From a virus (lineage: Duplodnaviria > Caudoviricetes): a DNA stretch of 64,000 nucleotides. Shown here piece after piece: positions 27,201 to 36,602 of the stretch (positions are counted from its first letter, which is position 1; every line of letters begins with the position of its first letter). The DNA is taken from positions 11,296 through 75,295 of the IMG/VR virus record IMGVR_UViG_3300043442_000893. One strand, written 5' to 3'. Under the pieces are notes generated by a model. It worked only from the letters and a program-made list of their open reading frames with translations. It was not told where the DNA came from and did not search any database. A program made the position numbers and the translations under genes.

Positions 27201-30029
27201 TATGCGCAAGTTTTAATTCTGACTACTGCTTTTAATTTCCTTGCGAAAAGCGCCATTGGTGCTGCTATAGTTGCAATCTCTCAATTTATCGCGAAGGGCA
27301 TTGTTTATGCGCAAGTATCGCTTGGCATGCGTGTTGCCACGCAGCAAACGACCGTAGCAATGTATCAGTTTGGCACAGCAGTACAAACTGTAATGATTAA
27401 GACTGTCATTGGGATTGCCCTTGTTGCAATTAGTGCTTTAATTGCAAAATTTGTGGAACTTCAGAATGCCATGGCATCAGTGTCTGGCCAATCTAGGCAA
27501 ATGCAAGATGCTGCTAAGGCATCCGCAAAAATGGGCGACGTAGCAGGCGTCAAGGAGGCAATCGGAAATATGGAAGATCGAGTACAAACTTATAAAAAAC
27601 TTAAAGGAGAGCTTGATAAAGTAATTGGCGACGAGCATACTTATGGCTTTTACCGTGAAATCCCGTCTGCATTGGCAGGAGAATTAATGTCGCTAGGACT
27701 TATAGTAGAAAGTTCAATGAGAAAAGTCGGGGCTGGGTATAAAGTCAAAATAGGTGACTTGCGAGATGCTTATAATTTAGCTACGAAAAATGTTTCCGAA
27801 TTCAATAAGGCTATCGATAGTTCTCAAGCACTTGTTGGTCAAGCGCAGAAGAAAAATCAGCAACTTAAGCAGCAAGGAGTTGTCACAGGAGCGGCAGAAA
27901 GCGATCCTAAAGCGCTAGCAAAAGCAGCGGAAGATGCTCGCAAGCTTGCCGATGACAAGCGCAAGTACGAAGCCGATTTAATGAAGATTGGCTCTCAGCA
28001 AGCTATAAATTTAAATGAAATGGAGTTTGACCATTGGAAGAATCTACAACAGGCAAAATATGATTTTCTCGAAGCTGGTCAAAATGAATGGATGAGTAGA
28101 GAGCTGAAATTTCAACGCGATCTTCAAGCGATTGAAATTCGCAGAATTGAAGCAATTCGCAAAGCTCGCATTGAAACCGTCAAAGCGGAAACAGATGCGC
28201 AAGCAAGCGCTTATATAGCGGGAGACTCTGGTGTTGGCGGGGGTGCCGCCATGTTCGGCGCTACTGGGAGAGTTTTCAATGCCCCTGGCTGGGTGCATGG
28301 TCATTTCCAAAACATGAACCGAGAGGCATTGGTTCAAGATACTGTTGAAGTGGTAATGAAGCTTCTGCAGCAAGGTGTTAAGCCTGAGTTGGGTAGCGGG
28401 CAAAAATTCACCGCTGGAATGCAGCAAGCTCAAGTGGAGCAGCTAGTGCGTCGTGGCATTGCTTCTCATAAATCGTACGCGAGTGGAGTTGGAGCTATTG
28501 ATGTGTTTGTTCCTCAAGGAACGCGAGTGCCCGTTGGCTTGTCAGGAGTGAGCAATCTCGGTGGCGCCGCTGGTGTTTCCGGGAATCTGCCTCGTGGCAC
28601 GCAATTAATGCACCTCGATCCCAGCTCGCGCTCTGGAGCGGCTGGTGCAGCGCCTGTTGGAGTGCCTGCTTCAAGAATAAGAGCAGAAGCGAAGAAGGAT
28701 TACGCTTCGGCGCTTGCAAGTCAAGAAGCAATTAATGCGAAAGAAAAAGAAAATCTTGCCACTAAATATGCAAATATTCAGGCACAGCAAGAGCTTAATA
28801 TTCTCATTCGAGAATACACTGCTTCTATTGTTCCTGTAGAGCAGCAAAAGCTTGAAAATACTCTCTTGCAAAATCGCATTAGTTTAATCTCGTCTGGAGC
28901 GTTTGGAGATGCCCTTGAGACTGAGCAGAAAATTGGCGAAGCCAGAGAAAAAGCTGCTCTTGGCGTGCAAATGGCCAATGCTCAAATAGAGCAAAATAAC
29001 AGGCTAGTGAAAGATGGAATTATCAAGCAAGAAGAAGCAGATAAGCTAAATGCTTCTCAAGTGGAAAAGATTAAGCAGCTCACTCAGGGGCTTGAAGCTT
29101 ACATCCCACTGCTAAGAGAAAGACTGAAGCTTGAGCAATCAAGTGCAGAAGCTACTTTGCGTGGTGAAATCACTCGCGCCACTCCACTGGGAGGCATGGG
29201 TCTTTCTGCTGGTTTTATTGGTCCTGCTGGTGACAGGTTTGAAGAGGCGATTGGTCGTGGAGCCACGCAAGACGAAGCGTCCCGTTTCGCTGAATTACAG
29301 AATCAACTTACTCTTCTTGAGAGCAGAAATGAAGCAATCAAACAATCTATCTATGGCATTGGCAATGCTTTTGGCGAAGCTTTAACTGCTGGCGTAGCAA
29401 GCCTCGTTTCCGGCACTGCTACCGCTAAAGAAGTATTTGCAAGCTTCTTGCAAAGCGTTGGACAAGCGCTGTCTCAAGCAGCTTCGCAAATGATTGCCAC
29501 TTATATCGCCATTGGCATTGCGAAGATGTTTGCTGGTCTTGGCGGTGGCGGCGGAAATCCAGCAGGTAGCGGAGGAGGTATTTCAGATAGCCTTCCTGGA
29601 ATACGACAATACGCAGGAGGCCTTGGAGGAGGTGGAGCACCCGGATCTATGCCTTTTGCGCCACCTGCGTTTGCCAATGGCGGCATTGTTACCGGCCCCA
29701 CGCTTAGCCTCATTGGCGAAGGCAAATACAACGAAGCTATTGTTCCCCTCCCGGACGGTCGTTCCATCCCTGTGCAGCTTGGTGGTCGTTCTGCCCGTGA
29801 CCTCATGGGCAATGGCGTCCCAGGCATGCCTCAAGCGCCTTCTCTGAGCATGAAGTTTGAAACGACTAAGATTAATGGCGTAGAATACGTTAGTAGAGAA
29901 CAATTAGAACAGGCAATGGCAGAAACTCGTCGCGCTTCCATTGCAGGGGGTGCTCAACGAGGCATGTCAATGACGCTCGATAAGATTAAGCAAAGCCCTT
30001 CCACTCGCTCTAGTATTGGTATCCGCTAA
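24288..30029 (+). CDS. Tape measure protein with embedded peptidase-like domain
   Basis: 1913 aa, Ala/Gly-rich; QMASKGQVMSEELKGQLGD tape-measure domain; FANGGIV..P...IGE. Confidence 0.93.
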   Translation: MAAQDAELKLKVSLDLGFFRQQLAGLGQAAAGYNLPVRVQFDRRSVQNELNALGANIRRRNYRLTVETNLSAEIAKADTLARKLGELSGKLKATRGGGGVAQGREAISQIEEVLRGGLSGRAFGIQKAQENIAKQAILSRLEKASLSKGGYNTAGLEKIIRDLGGTPTGGRKDLVAQAKKLVEESNGITDAVFDNLKDLQMKLRPIRGQAQTSAARSMPNLNQMLDRIANLTENPRAVQRMLRMMPESRLTTDLIGAANRQAAFREQYGAQGFRLPGFGGAKAFDPLLKSIAESFSDYTRTVNTSNPWMGKIGSGITTLISRALTQSPEQMFGGRAPVASAKLLPAAGQTSGTRLMREQLERANLPLLQAPSVGQENAPLSRAATYMLNRARRALELPIGPYSPYEPNPFAGRATVPSRQYFTPTMQAALPPVGATGGRLSLLEQQLAQSRGAFGTGGGVAGSLFTGRALINPGVSMLSPVGISGNYRQMAAALANQAANPALAHRQIADIGFGGVPTAATGMSGEALNRALNQAFLQRRGLGIGGGQSLPIFNAPGVAVQQNIPGMAYQMGGGGLGGSMGMFPSAGMMGPSSPLTINAQSSMFGGGGAMPPGGGGGGGAGGMGGMGGFGRALGGVNLPGAGAIRELGGEFAFATQQVLLFGQAYKLLAFVQNFPAQVGEAVSQLQSFRNTLNSVTGSAEEAGDANEFILAAVEKYNIPLQSARDGFVKLFASMEPAGFAAGEIQNLFLGITKAAATYGLSADKVDRVNYAFAQMASKGQVMSEELKGQLGDVLPGAMGIFAEAAGFTGPDAIQKFNKALEDGVYKGGEMRKLLKNVADGMNKEFGPGAEGAAKTFQGSINRMQNAIKSFYESFEPAAISVLNQVAVPLVSTLKNITAGINAYFQGQTAATPEAQKFANALQVIVPVISGIAKNAAIVATQLGLMAGVFGSAAIQIGRLLALPIVGYLASTYAQVLILTTAFNFLAKSAIGAAIVAISQFIAKGIVYAQVSLGMRVATQQTTVAMYQFGTAVQTVMIKTVIGIALVAISALIAKFVELQNAMASVSGQSRQMQDAAKASAKMGDVAGVKEAIGNMEDRVQTYKKLKGELDKVIGDEHTYGFYREIPSALAGELMSLGLIVESSMRKVGAGYKVKIGDLRDAYNLATKNVSEFNKAIDSSQALVGQAQKKNQQLKQQGVVTGAAESDPKALAKAAEDARKLADDKRKYEADLMKIGSQQAINLNEMEFDHWKNLQQAKYDFLEAGQNEWMSRELKFQRDLQAIEIRRIEAIRKARIETVKAETDAQASAYIAGDSGVGGGAAMFGATGRVFNAPGWVHGHFQNMNREALVQDTVEVVMKLLQQGVKPELGSGQKFTAGMQQAQVEQLVRRGIASHKSYASGVGAIDVFVPQGTRVPVGLSGVSNLGGAAGVSGNLPRGTQLMHLDPSSRSGAAGAAPVGVPASRIRAEAKKDYASALASQEAINAKEKENLATKYANIQAQQELNILIREYTASIVPVEQQKLENTLLQNRISLISSGAFGDALETEQKIGEAREKAALGVQMANAQIEQNNRLVKDGIIKQEEADKLNASQVEKIKQLTQGLEAYIPLLRERLKLEQSSAEATLRGEITRATPLGGMGLSAGFIGPAGDRFEEAIGRGATQDEASRFAELQNQLTLLESRNEAIKQSIYGIGNAFGEALTAGVASLVSGTATAKEVFASFLQSVGQALSQAASQMIATYIAIGIAKMFAGLGGGGGNPAGSGGGISDSLPGIRQYAGGLGGGGAPGSMPFAPPAFANGGIVTGPTLSLIGEGKYNEAIVPLPDGRSIPVQLGGRSARDLMGNGVPGMPQAPSLSMKFETTKINGVEYVSREQLEQAMAETRRASIAGGAQRGMSMTLDKIKQSPSTRSSIGIR

Positions 30030-30424
30030 TGGCAATATTTCCTTCCATTAGACCAACTGGACGATCGTATTCTCCAGGGCAATTTCCCACGAAAGTTTAT
30101 CGTGGACTTTCGGGAGCCACTGTTAAAAGAGTGTTTGGCAATCGCTCATTTGGTCATGCCATTGATCTTCAGTTTGAAAATATTTCCGACGCCAATACAA
30201 AGGCCATCCTCGATCATTACTATGGCCAATTTGGCAGCTACGTCCGTTTCGCTCTTCCTGATGACGTGTTTTCTGGCATGAGCACAACGCTGAAAGGCGT
30301 TGTGCAAACTCCCACAAATATTCTCTGGGAATATGCTGAACCTCCCCAAGTGGAAAGCGTGTTCAATGGACGAAGCACTGTTACAGTGAGACTGATTGGC
30401 GAGCTTGATTATTCTGGCGCTTGA
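30029..30424 (+). CDS. Distal tail / minor tail protein
   Basis: Follows TMP; FPSIRP..R.Y..G and W.YAEPP.V. Confidence 0.7.
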   Translation: MAIFPSIRPTGRSYSPGQFPTKVYRGLSGATVKRVFGNRSFGHAIDLQFENISDANTKAILDHYYGQFGSYVRFALPDDVFSGMSTTLKGVVQTPTNILWEYAEPPQVESVFNGRSTVTVRLIGELDYSGA

Positions 30425-30426
30425 TT

Positions 30427-30948
30427 ATGGCCACCACTACTATCCACATTGCCAATTTTGCTTTCATTCAAACCGCTAACGGGAAAAGTCATTACTACCA
30501 AAATTATTTCTTTGGCAAGGATTTTGCTGCAGTGGCAATACCTGGCACTTCATCACCAACATATCGATTTGCTCCATTTCGCGCAGAAGGAGCGTTGTCT
30601 GCATTGAATGGCGACAACGAAATTTTACGCTTGCTATTTCCTCATAGTGAATTCACCATTGCAATGGTTGAGGAAGGAAATGGCAATAGACTTAGCCAGC
30701 TTTCATTGAAAACAGTATGGATGGCAAGCGCTGGCAATATCACTGACTACGCATCGTATAGTCTTGCTTCCTCCACTGCACAATACGAAGAATTCTATGT
30801 GGGCGTAGGCGCATCATTCGATGACACAACTGTCGAACTTCGCTTCCGTTCTGCAATGGATAGCGTGGGGGCAGGTTTCCCGCGTCGTACATTTACGTCT
30901 AAGAATGTGGGAATTTTGCCATTGACTGCAGAAGTGAACTTGCGATGA
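30427..30948 (+). CDS. Minor tail protein (gpL-like position)
   Basis: Tail-tip order; LRFRS.MDSV..FPRR. Confidence 0.6.
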   Translation: MATTTIHIANFAFIQTANGKSHYYQNYFFGKDFAAVAIPGTSSPTYRFAPFRAEGALSALNGDNEILRLLFPHSEFTIAMVEEGNGNRLSQLSLKTVWMASAGNITDYASYSLASSTAQYEEFYVGVGASFDDTTVELRFRSAMDSVGAGFPRRTFTSKNVGILPLTAEVNLR

Positions 30949-31322
30949 ATGATTTAATTGGCTTGCAGTATGAATGGGGAGCGAGCCCTGATGATAACAA
31001 TGGCAAGTCAGATTGCTTTCAACTTTGTTGCGCAATTCGACGAAGACTAGGGCTAAAAGATTACGGCCCGTCTTTTGCGTGGGCATATGAACAATATGAC
31101 GAGAAAAGTTTTTCTTGGCGGCTGCTGGCGCGATGGCTAAAACAAAATTGTTTTCCCGTTGATTCGCCGCAAGATGGTGACGTGGGAATGTTTATTGACA
31201 AAGCGGCGCTTGCTACTGCAGCAAACGGACGCATTTTCTGCATAGCTCCTGGAGGAAGAAGCGTTAGCATTGAATGCAACGAAAGCGTATTATCATACGC
31301 TCATTGGTTCAGGCCGAGATAA
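30945..31322 (+). CDS. NlpC/P60-like tail tip assembly protein (gpK-like)
   Basis: DLIGL.Y.WG...DCFQL; PQDGD. Confidence 0.75.
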   Translation: MNDLIGLQYEWGASPDDNNGKSDCFQLCCAIRRRLGLKDYGPSFAWAYEQYDEKSFSWRLLARWLKQNCFPVDSPQDGDVGMFIDKAALATAANGRIFCIAPGGRSVSIECNESVLSYAHWFRPR

Positions 31323-31324
31323 CA

Positions 31325-34300
31325 ATGCGCAAGCTTCTTCCTTACGAAAAAGCCCTGATTGAAGCTCTGCAAATTTCAGAAGAAGAATACTGGCAATTTT
31401 ATTTGGCACGATTAAATTATCGTGATAATAAAGAAGGTACTGTTTTCGACGTAAGGAACGAGGTTGGAACCATCGCATTGGTTCTAACCATTGTTGGAAC
31501 ATTGGCGCAAGTTGGCGCAGCGCTACTTGCTCCCAAACCGCAAGCCCCGGATCAAAGAATGGGACGGCAGTCCCGCAATCAATTTTTTGCTCCACGATAT
31601 GGCTTTAACTCATTTCAAGAAGTAGCCCGCTATGGAGAGCCAATCAATCTCATTTATACCAACATTGACGAAAATAAAATAGCAGGAGGCTTGCGCGTCA
31701 ACACGTCTCTTGTTTGGTCCGCAGTGCATAGTTTTGGCACTAGCCAATACATGCAAATGTTGGCAGTTATAGGAGCTGGTCCCATTCAAGGCTTCGGCTA
31801 CGGACGCACAGCATTTGGACAAACGCCCCTTCGGGATTTGGCTTCACAGCGTTATTTTCTTTATGCCAACGAAACAGAAGGCAAGCTTTTCTTCAAGGAC
31901 AAAAAATTTCCCACTGATGCCTTGGCAGAGGATGATCCGGTTTACACCACTGGCCATGATTTAATTTGTTCCGTCATCAATAATGGCCAGAATAGAACCG
32001 AGGGTTATAGCCAGGCATTCTCACCAACGACAAGCTCTTCACTGGGGCTTTATGACGTGGTGCCTTTGAGAGCGCAAGTAGAGGATAGAGACGATGAGGG
32101 ACGCCTGAAGCAAGATTCACTGGGAATCAATGTCACTGAAGGCAGAGACATTTACTGGCCCGCAACATGGCCGACAACGGGAGTTCGTCCATTGTTTCCA
32201 GTTGGCAATCGACTTACTATCACCTTTGAAGAAGATGACAAAAAACCTACCGAGCAAGTAGAGCGTGCTGCCATTGATTTGAGAAGCGCTTATATTGGCA
32301 CGTTTGATTCTGCTAGCACTTACAAAATTGGAGCTGCAAAATTCAAGCTTGTGGCGGATAACATTCAAAATGGTAGCGACATCGAAGGTAGTTTTGTTTT
32401 TCAATGCACTGAGAGTGGCGTGCTATGCGAAGAAGACTACTCTACGCAGCGCTACCAACAAAATGAAGAGGATTTGAGAAGACAAAAACGAGAAGCCGAA
32501 AATACCATTGCTGCACTTGAGGCAGAAAAAGGGGCCGCGTTTGCAGAGCGTTTTAAGGGGCCAGGGTCGGATGCGATTGCAGCTTTTGATACGGAATTAG
32601 AGCAGATTGATAATGCCATTGAAAGCGCCACTGCTATTTTGAAAGGTGATCTTACTAACCAAGAACTTATAAGTGCAATTGAAAACGAAGGGACATTCAA
32701 AGGACTTAGGGACGCTATTGACGCCTTGGAGAACGATATTAAAACTGCAAATGATAATATAGAGGCAGCCCAGAATACGATTGACTCAATAAAAGACATT
32801 CCCCCTGGGCAAAGAACAAATGCTCAAAAGCGGCAACTGGAAACAGCCAAGGATAACAAGTCGGATCAAATTGCAGTTAAACGAGCGAAGAAAGGCGAGA
32901 TTAAGGAAAAATTTGCAAGGCTTTCCACTCGCGCCATTGAACAAGGTTTATATGACAATAATAAACATACCAATCTTCGAGAAGAGCGTAGGCAATTAAA
33001 AATTAGACGACGTAGGCTCACTAAGAGAAGGACAGAGGCGGCCAGTAATGTTGACAGGGATTTTGTGGCAGAGAGCGCAGCACAATCTGCGTGGACTACG
33101 AATTACAACGCTGCAGTGGCAAATTTAAATAGCATCAACGCGCAGTTAAAAAACGAAGACTCATGGAATGATTACTTTAATACAAAATGCATTGCAAAGA
33201 TTGATGAAATTCGTTACGAATGCGTAACAAAATGCGAACTGGTAAACTTTGCGTTTAAAGCAAAAGTATTTCAGCGCATTCAGGGACGCATGAACAAATA
33301 TGCTGAAGTAGACCAGCAGGGACACAAGGATAGCGACAATGGCATTCGCAATCGCACTTCAATGTTTTGGCTTTGGTATAAGAAGCCTTCTGATCCCATT
33401 GATAGATACACATTGGTTCCATATATTTTTGCCATCAGAAATGGCAAAGAGCTTGACGCTTATGTTGGGCTTCGTTTTATTGCTCCATCAAAAGAAAAAT
33501 GGCAATTTAAGCTTGAGCCCATTATTGACTTGGCCGCAGAACTGCGCACTCATAACAATGGTGCAGACATGCCAATGATTTACTTGCGCACTGCTGGATA
33601 TAAGGGGACAATTGGCGGAAGAGAAATTACTTTTGGCAATGGTTTTTCCATCGTTTATAAAGGGCGTTCACCATTGAATACAATTCGTCGCCGTCCGCCG
33701 GTAAATCGCACTCCTAAATTTATCGATGAATGGGGACTGTTCTCTCTTCGTAGCGACACGCAGATTTCTTTTTCTTTTGAAAGTGGAGCAGAAATCAGTC
33801 TTGTAGCAGTGACAGAGCAACAAAAGCAGCCGCTCACTCCATCTATTTACGATGGCATGGCGATGATTGGTCTGAATATTTATAGCGGACAAGGCGTAAG
33901 GGACTTGCGTTCTCTTAGCGTATGGGTGAATAAGGGGAAGAAAGTTAGAAAATTCTTGGATGCAAATGGGAATTATGGCCCCATTTCTGAGTCGACAAGT
34001 TATGCGCCAGAAATATTCTTGGATACCATCTTGGATGAGCAAAATGGCATTGCTGCTTATGCCAATATTAATGGCATAGATACAAGACAGCTTAGTATTT
34101 CACAGCGATTCTGTGAAGAGAATCAATTATTTATGGATGGAGCCATTGCAGATCCAACGTCGTGGCGAGAATTTTGGTCGCAAATTGCTCCCTTTAGCCT
34201 GCTGGAATTTGCCCGCATTGGAGGGAAAGAAACGCTGATTCCGGCAGTGCCTTATGACAGCCTTTACAGGATTTCACGAGTAGTGCAAATTTCCGCACTA

Positions 34301-35011
34301 TTTAATCAAGGCAATATTTTAGAGGATAGCTATAAGGAAGAATTTCTCGATTATGGCGATAACACGCAAGATTTGATTGCCACCATTGTCTATAGAGACA
34401 CGGCAAATGATAATGTGTTTCCCCAGAATACCAGCGTGCAAATTATGCGGGGCGATGCAATTGAAGCTGATAGTATTCGTCAAACTTTTGATCTATCTAC
34501 TTTTGTCAGCAGCAGAGAACAGGCTATTAAATACGGAAAGCTCTTATGTCAGCAGCGACGATTCTCCCGGAGAGCCATTGAATTTAAAACATTTCCCACC
34601 GAAAGCCCAGTTGCACCTGGCTCATACATTTACGTGCAATTAGACCAGAACCAATGGGACGACATTAGGAGTGGAATCGTCGAAGAGGAAGGCAGTCTTA
34701 ATATTCCTTTGGCGGAAGACGCCGTAAATGGCAATTTTACCATATTGCTTTACAACGGCCAAGATTCACCCACGAAGCTATCTTCTGTTCCCATCGTTAA
34801 TAATCAATCTTCTGCATTAGCAGGCTATGAAGGATGGCTTTTTGTGCTTGGCACTCAACTAACGACAAAGCGCGTCTTCCGTGTCACTGGAGTTTCAATG
34901 GAAGAAGAAGGAGAAATCACTATTAGCGCAGTCGAGCATCAATGCGACGAGACTGGAGGCGCCACATTGTCTAAAATAGCGAATTTTGATGATTCCTTCT
35001 TGGTTGAATAA
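31325..35011 (+). CDS. Central tail tip / host-specificity protein (gpJ-like)
   Basis: About 1230 aa; ARYGEPI, ALFNQGNI..DS, I.FKT; internal coiled coil. Confidence 0.8.
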   Translation: MRKLLPYEKALIEALQISEEEYWQFYLARLNYRDNKEGTVFDVRNEVGTIALVLTIVGTLAQVGAALLAPKPQAPDQRMGRQSRNQFFAPRYGFNSFQEVARYGEPINLIYTNIDENKIAGGLRVNTSLVWSAVHSFGTSQYMQMLAVIGAGPIQGFGYGRTAFGQTPLRDLASQRYFLYANETEGKLFFKDKKFPTDALAEDDPVYTTGHDLICSVINNGQNRTEGYSQAFSPTTSSSLGLYDVVPLRAQVEDRDDEGRLKQDSLGINVTEGRDIYWPATWPTTGVRPLFPVGNRLTITFEEDDKKPTEQVERAAIDLRSAYIGTFDSASTYKIGAAKFKLVADNIQNGSDIEGSFVFQCTESGVLCEEDYSTQRYQQNEEDLRRQKREAENTIAALEAEKGAAFAERFKGPGSDAIAAFDTELEQIDNAIESATAILKGDLTNQELISAIENEGTFKGLRDAIDALENDIKTANDNIEAAQNTIDSIKDIPPGQRTNAQKRQLETAKDNKSDQIAVKRAKKGEIKEKFARLSTRAIEQGLYDNNKHTNLREERRQLKIRRRRLTKRRTEAASNVDRDFVAESAAQSAWTTNYNAAVANLNSINAQLKNEDSWNDYFNTKCIAKIDEIRYECVTKCELVNFAFKAKVFQRIQGRMNKYAEVDQQGHKDSDNGIRNRTSMFWLWYKKPSDPIDRYTLVPYIFAIRNGKELDAYVGLRFIAPSKEKWQFKLEPIIDLAAELRTHNNGADMPMIYLRTAGYKGTIGGREITFGNGFSIVYKGRSPLNTIRRRPPVNRTPKFIDEWGLFSLRSDTQISFSFESGAEISLVAVTEQQKQPLTPSIYDGMAMIGLNIYSGQGVRDLRSLSVWVNKGKKVRKFLDANGNYGPISESTSYAPEIFLDTILDEQNGIAAYANINGIDTRQLSISQRFCEENQLFMDGAIADPTSWREFWSQIAPFSLLEFARIGGKETLIPAVPYDSLYRISRVVQISALFNQGNILEDSYKEEFLDYGDNTQDLIATIVYRDTANDNVFPQNTSVQIMRGDAIEADSIRQTFDLSTFVSSREQAIKYGKLLCQQRRFSRRAIEFKTFPTESPVAPGSYIYVQLDQNQWDDIRSGIVEEEGSLNIPLAEDAVNGNFTILLYNGQDSPTKLSSVPIVNNQSSALAGYEGWLFVLGTQLTTKRVFRVTGVSMEEEGEITISAVEHQCDETGGATLSKIANFDDSFLVE

Positions 35012-35046
35012 AAACGTTGCTATCATAAACAAAAAGCTTTAAGACA

Positions 35047-35466
35047 ATGCCGTTCTATACTGGTCGCACTGGCAAGCTGCGCCTTGGTGGCAGTGAAGTG
35101 TCGAAGGTTCGTAATTGGACACTGGACACATCTGTAAACATGCTGGATACCACAGCACTGGGAGACACTGCCAATACTTTCACGCCAGGCCTATTTAGCG
35201 CCACTGGCAGCGCCACGTTGTCTTATTACAACGGCGATGCCACTGACGTGACCAATCTTCTTGAGAGGATCACCAAGACTGGTGCAGTCACCGAAAGTGA
35301 TCGCGTGAATCTCACTTTTGAAGTGGGCACGAGTCAGTCTTTCAATGCTGATGCCTACATCAATAGCGCCAGTATCACTTCTTCCACTGATGAGCTGACC
35401 ACTGTTTCGTTTAATTTTACAATTGACGGTCCTCTTGATGCAGTGGTTCTCACTGGTACCACTTGA
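35047..35466 (+). CDS. Tail-tube-fold structural protein
   Basis: YTGRTG.L...VRNWTL....LDTTALGD...G..SATGSA. Confidence 0.7.
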   Translation: MPFYTGRTGKLRLGGSEVSKVRNWTLDTSVNMLDTTALGDTANTFTPGLFSATGSATLSYYNGDATDVTNLLERITKTGAVTESDRVNLTFEVGTSQSFNADAYINSASITSSTDELTTVSFNFTIDGPLDAVVLTGTT

Positions 35467-35515
35467 TACCTTGCGAACAATGTTCGTACAATAGAATAAT
35501 CAATGCTGCGGCGAA

Positions 35516-36526
35516 ATGACATTCTTTGTTGGCCATACAGGCGCTATTAAGCTTCAGCGTGGAGGCGAAAACACCTTTACGGCCAGCGTTTCTCCAAACG
35601 ATGTCAATACTGTATTAAATCGCTTTAGCTTTGAAGGGAGTGACGATAATTTAATTACAGGCGATCTCCTTGAAATCTCGACGGAGGATGATAGGGGATT
35701 GCTATTTATGCCAGCCACGTTCTGGAGCATTCCAGGGCCAACTGTAGATGGCTATAGCGAAGTTGTTTGGACGTCTGGTAGCACAGCGGCATTGTCTGGC
35801 TGGTTAGATGACGACATTACCACCAGCAGTGATTTGCCTCCAGAAGGCTACGATGAATTTAGACTTAGCGATTTTATCATTGCAAACAACATTAGAACAT
35901 ATGCCAATGTAAACAGAGTGGGCGGCATTCGTCTGTTTGAGAATTTTAATGATGCCGTTAACAATGAAAGAGCAAACGAATACGCTTTAGCGGAATTTTA
36001 CGGCGAGCCCATTGAAATTACAGTTGGCGTAAGAGACACAAGATATAACACACTAGGTTCTGTCACTTCGTTTGAGATTAATACTGACAGGGCTGCGATG
36101 GAGACAACAAGTCTCTCTGACAAATTTAAACAGCAATATTCGGCGGGGTTGCTAAGTGGCAATGGAAGCATTGAATGCCTGTTTAGTTACGAAAGCGTGT
36201 CCAATCAGGACACGCCATTGTTCTTGCTGCAGGTTATTAATCGCTTAGAAGTGGGCACTAATTTCAAGGCTTTGCTTTCAATTTCTTCCGTCGACCAAAC
36301 GCCTACATTTAGAGAGGAAGTATATTACGAGATCGAGGCAGTAGTCACCAGGGCAGGAGTGACTGTCACGTCGGATGCATTGGTGGCATGTTCTATTGAT
36401 TTTGTTACCACTGGCGACTTCAAGCTACGTGTGGGCATTACTCCGGAGTATATTCTCAAGGAAGACAATGACGCAATTTATCTTGAACAGGGTCTTGATT
36501 ATCTGTTGAAAGAAGTGACAGACTGA
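35516..36526 (+). CDS. Tail structural protein with tube-like C-terminal domain
   Basis: VTSFEINT.R..METTSLSD.F..Y..GLLSG.GSI, paralogous to the preceding gene. Confidence 0.65.
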   Translation: MTFFVGHTGAIKLQRGGENTFTASVSPNDVNTVLNRFSFEGSDDNLITGDLLEISTEDDRGLLFMPATFWSIPGPTVDGYSEVVWTSGSTAALSGWLDDDITTSSDLPPEGYDEFRLSDFIIANNIRTYANVNRVGGIRLFENFNDAVNNERANEYALAEFYGEPIEITVGVRDTRYNTLGSVTSFEINTDRAAMETTSLSDKFKQQYSAGLLSGNGSIECLFSYESVSNQDTPLFLLQVINRLEVGTNFKALLSISSVDQTPTFREEVYYEIEAVVTRAGVTVTSDALVACSIDFVTTGDFKLRVGITPEYILKEDNDAIYLEQGLDYLLKEVTD

Positions 36527-36602
36527 TAAAGCAAAGAAAGAGCAGCGATAATAGCTATTATCGAGAGAGACTAGACTGTATTTAGCCCTGCCTTTTTGAG
36601 AG

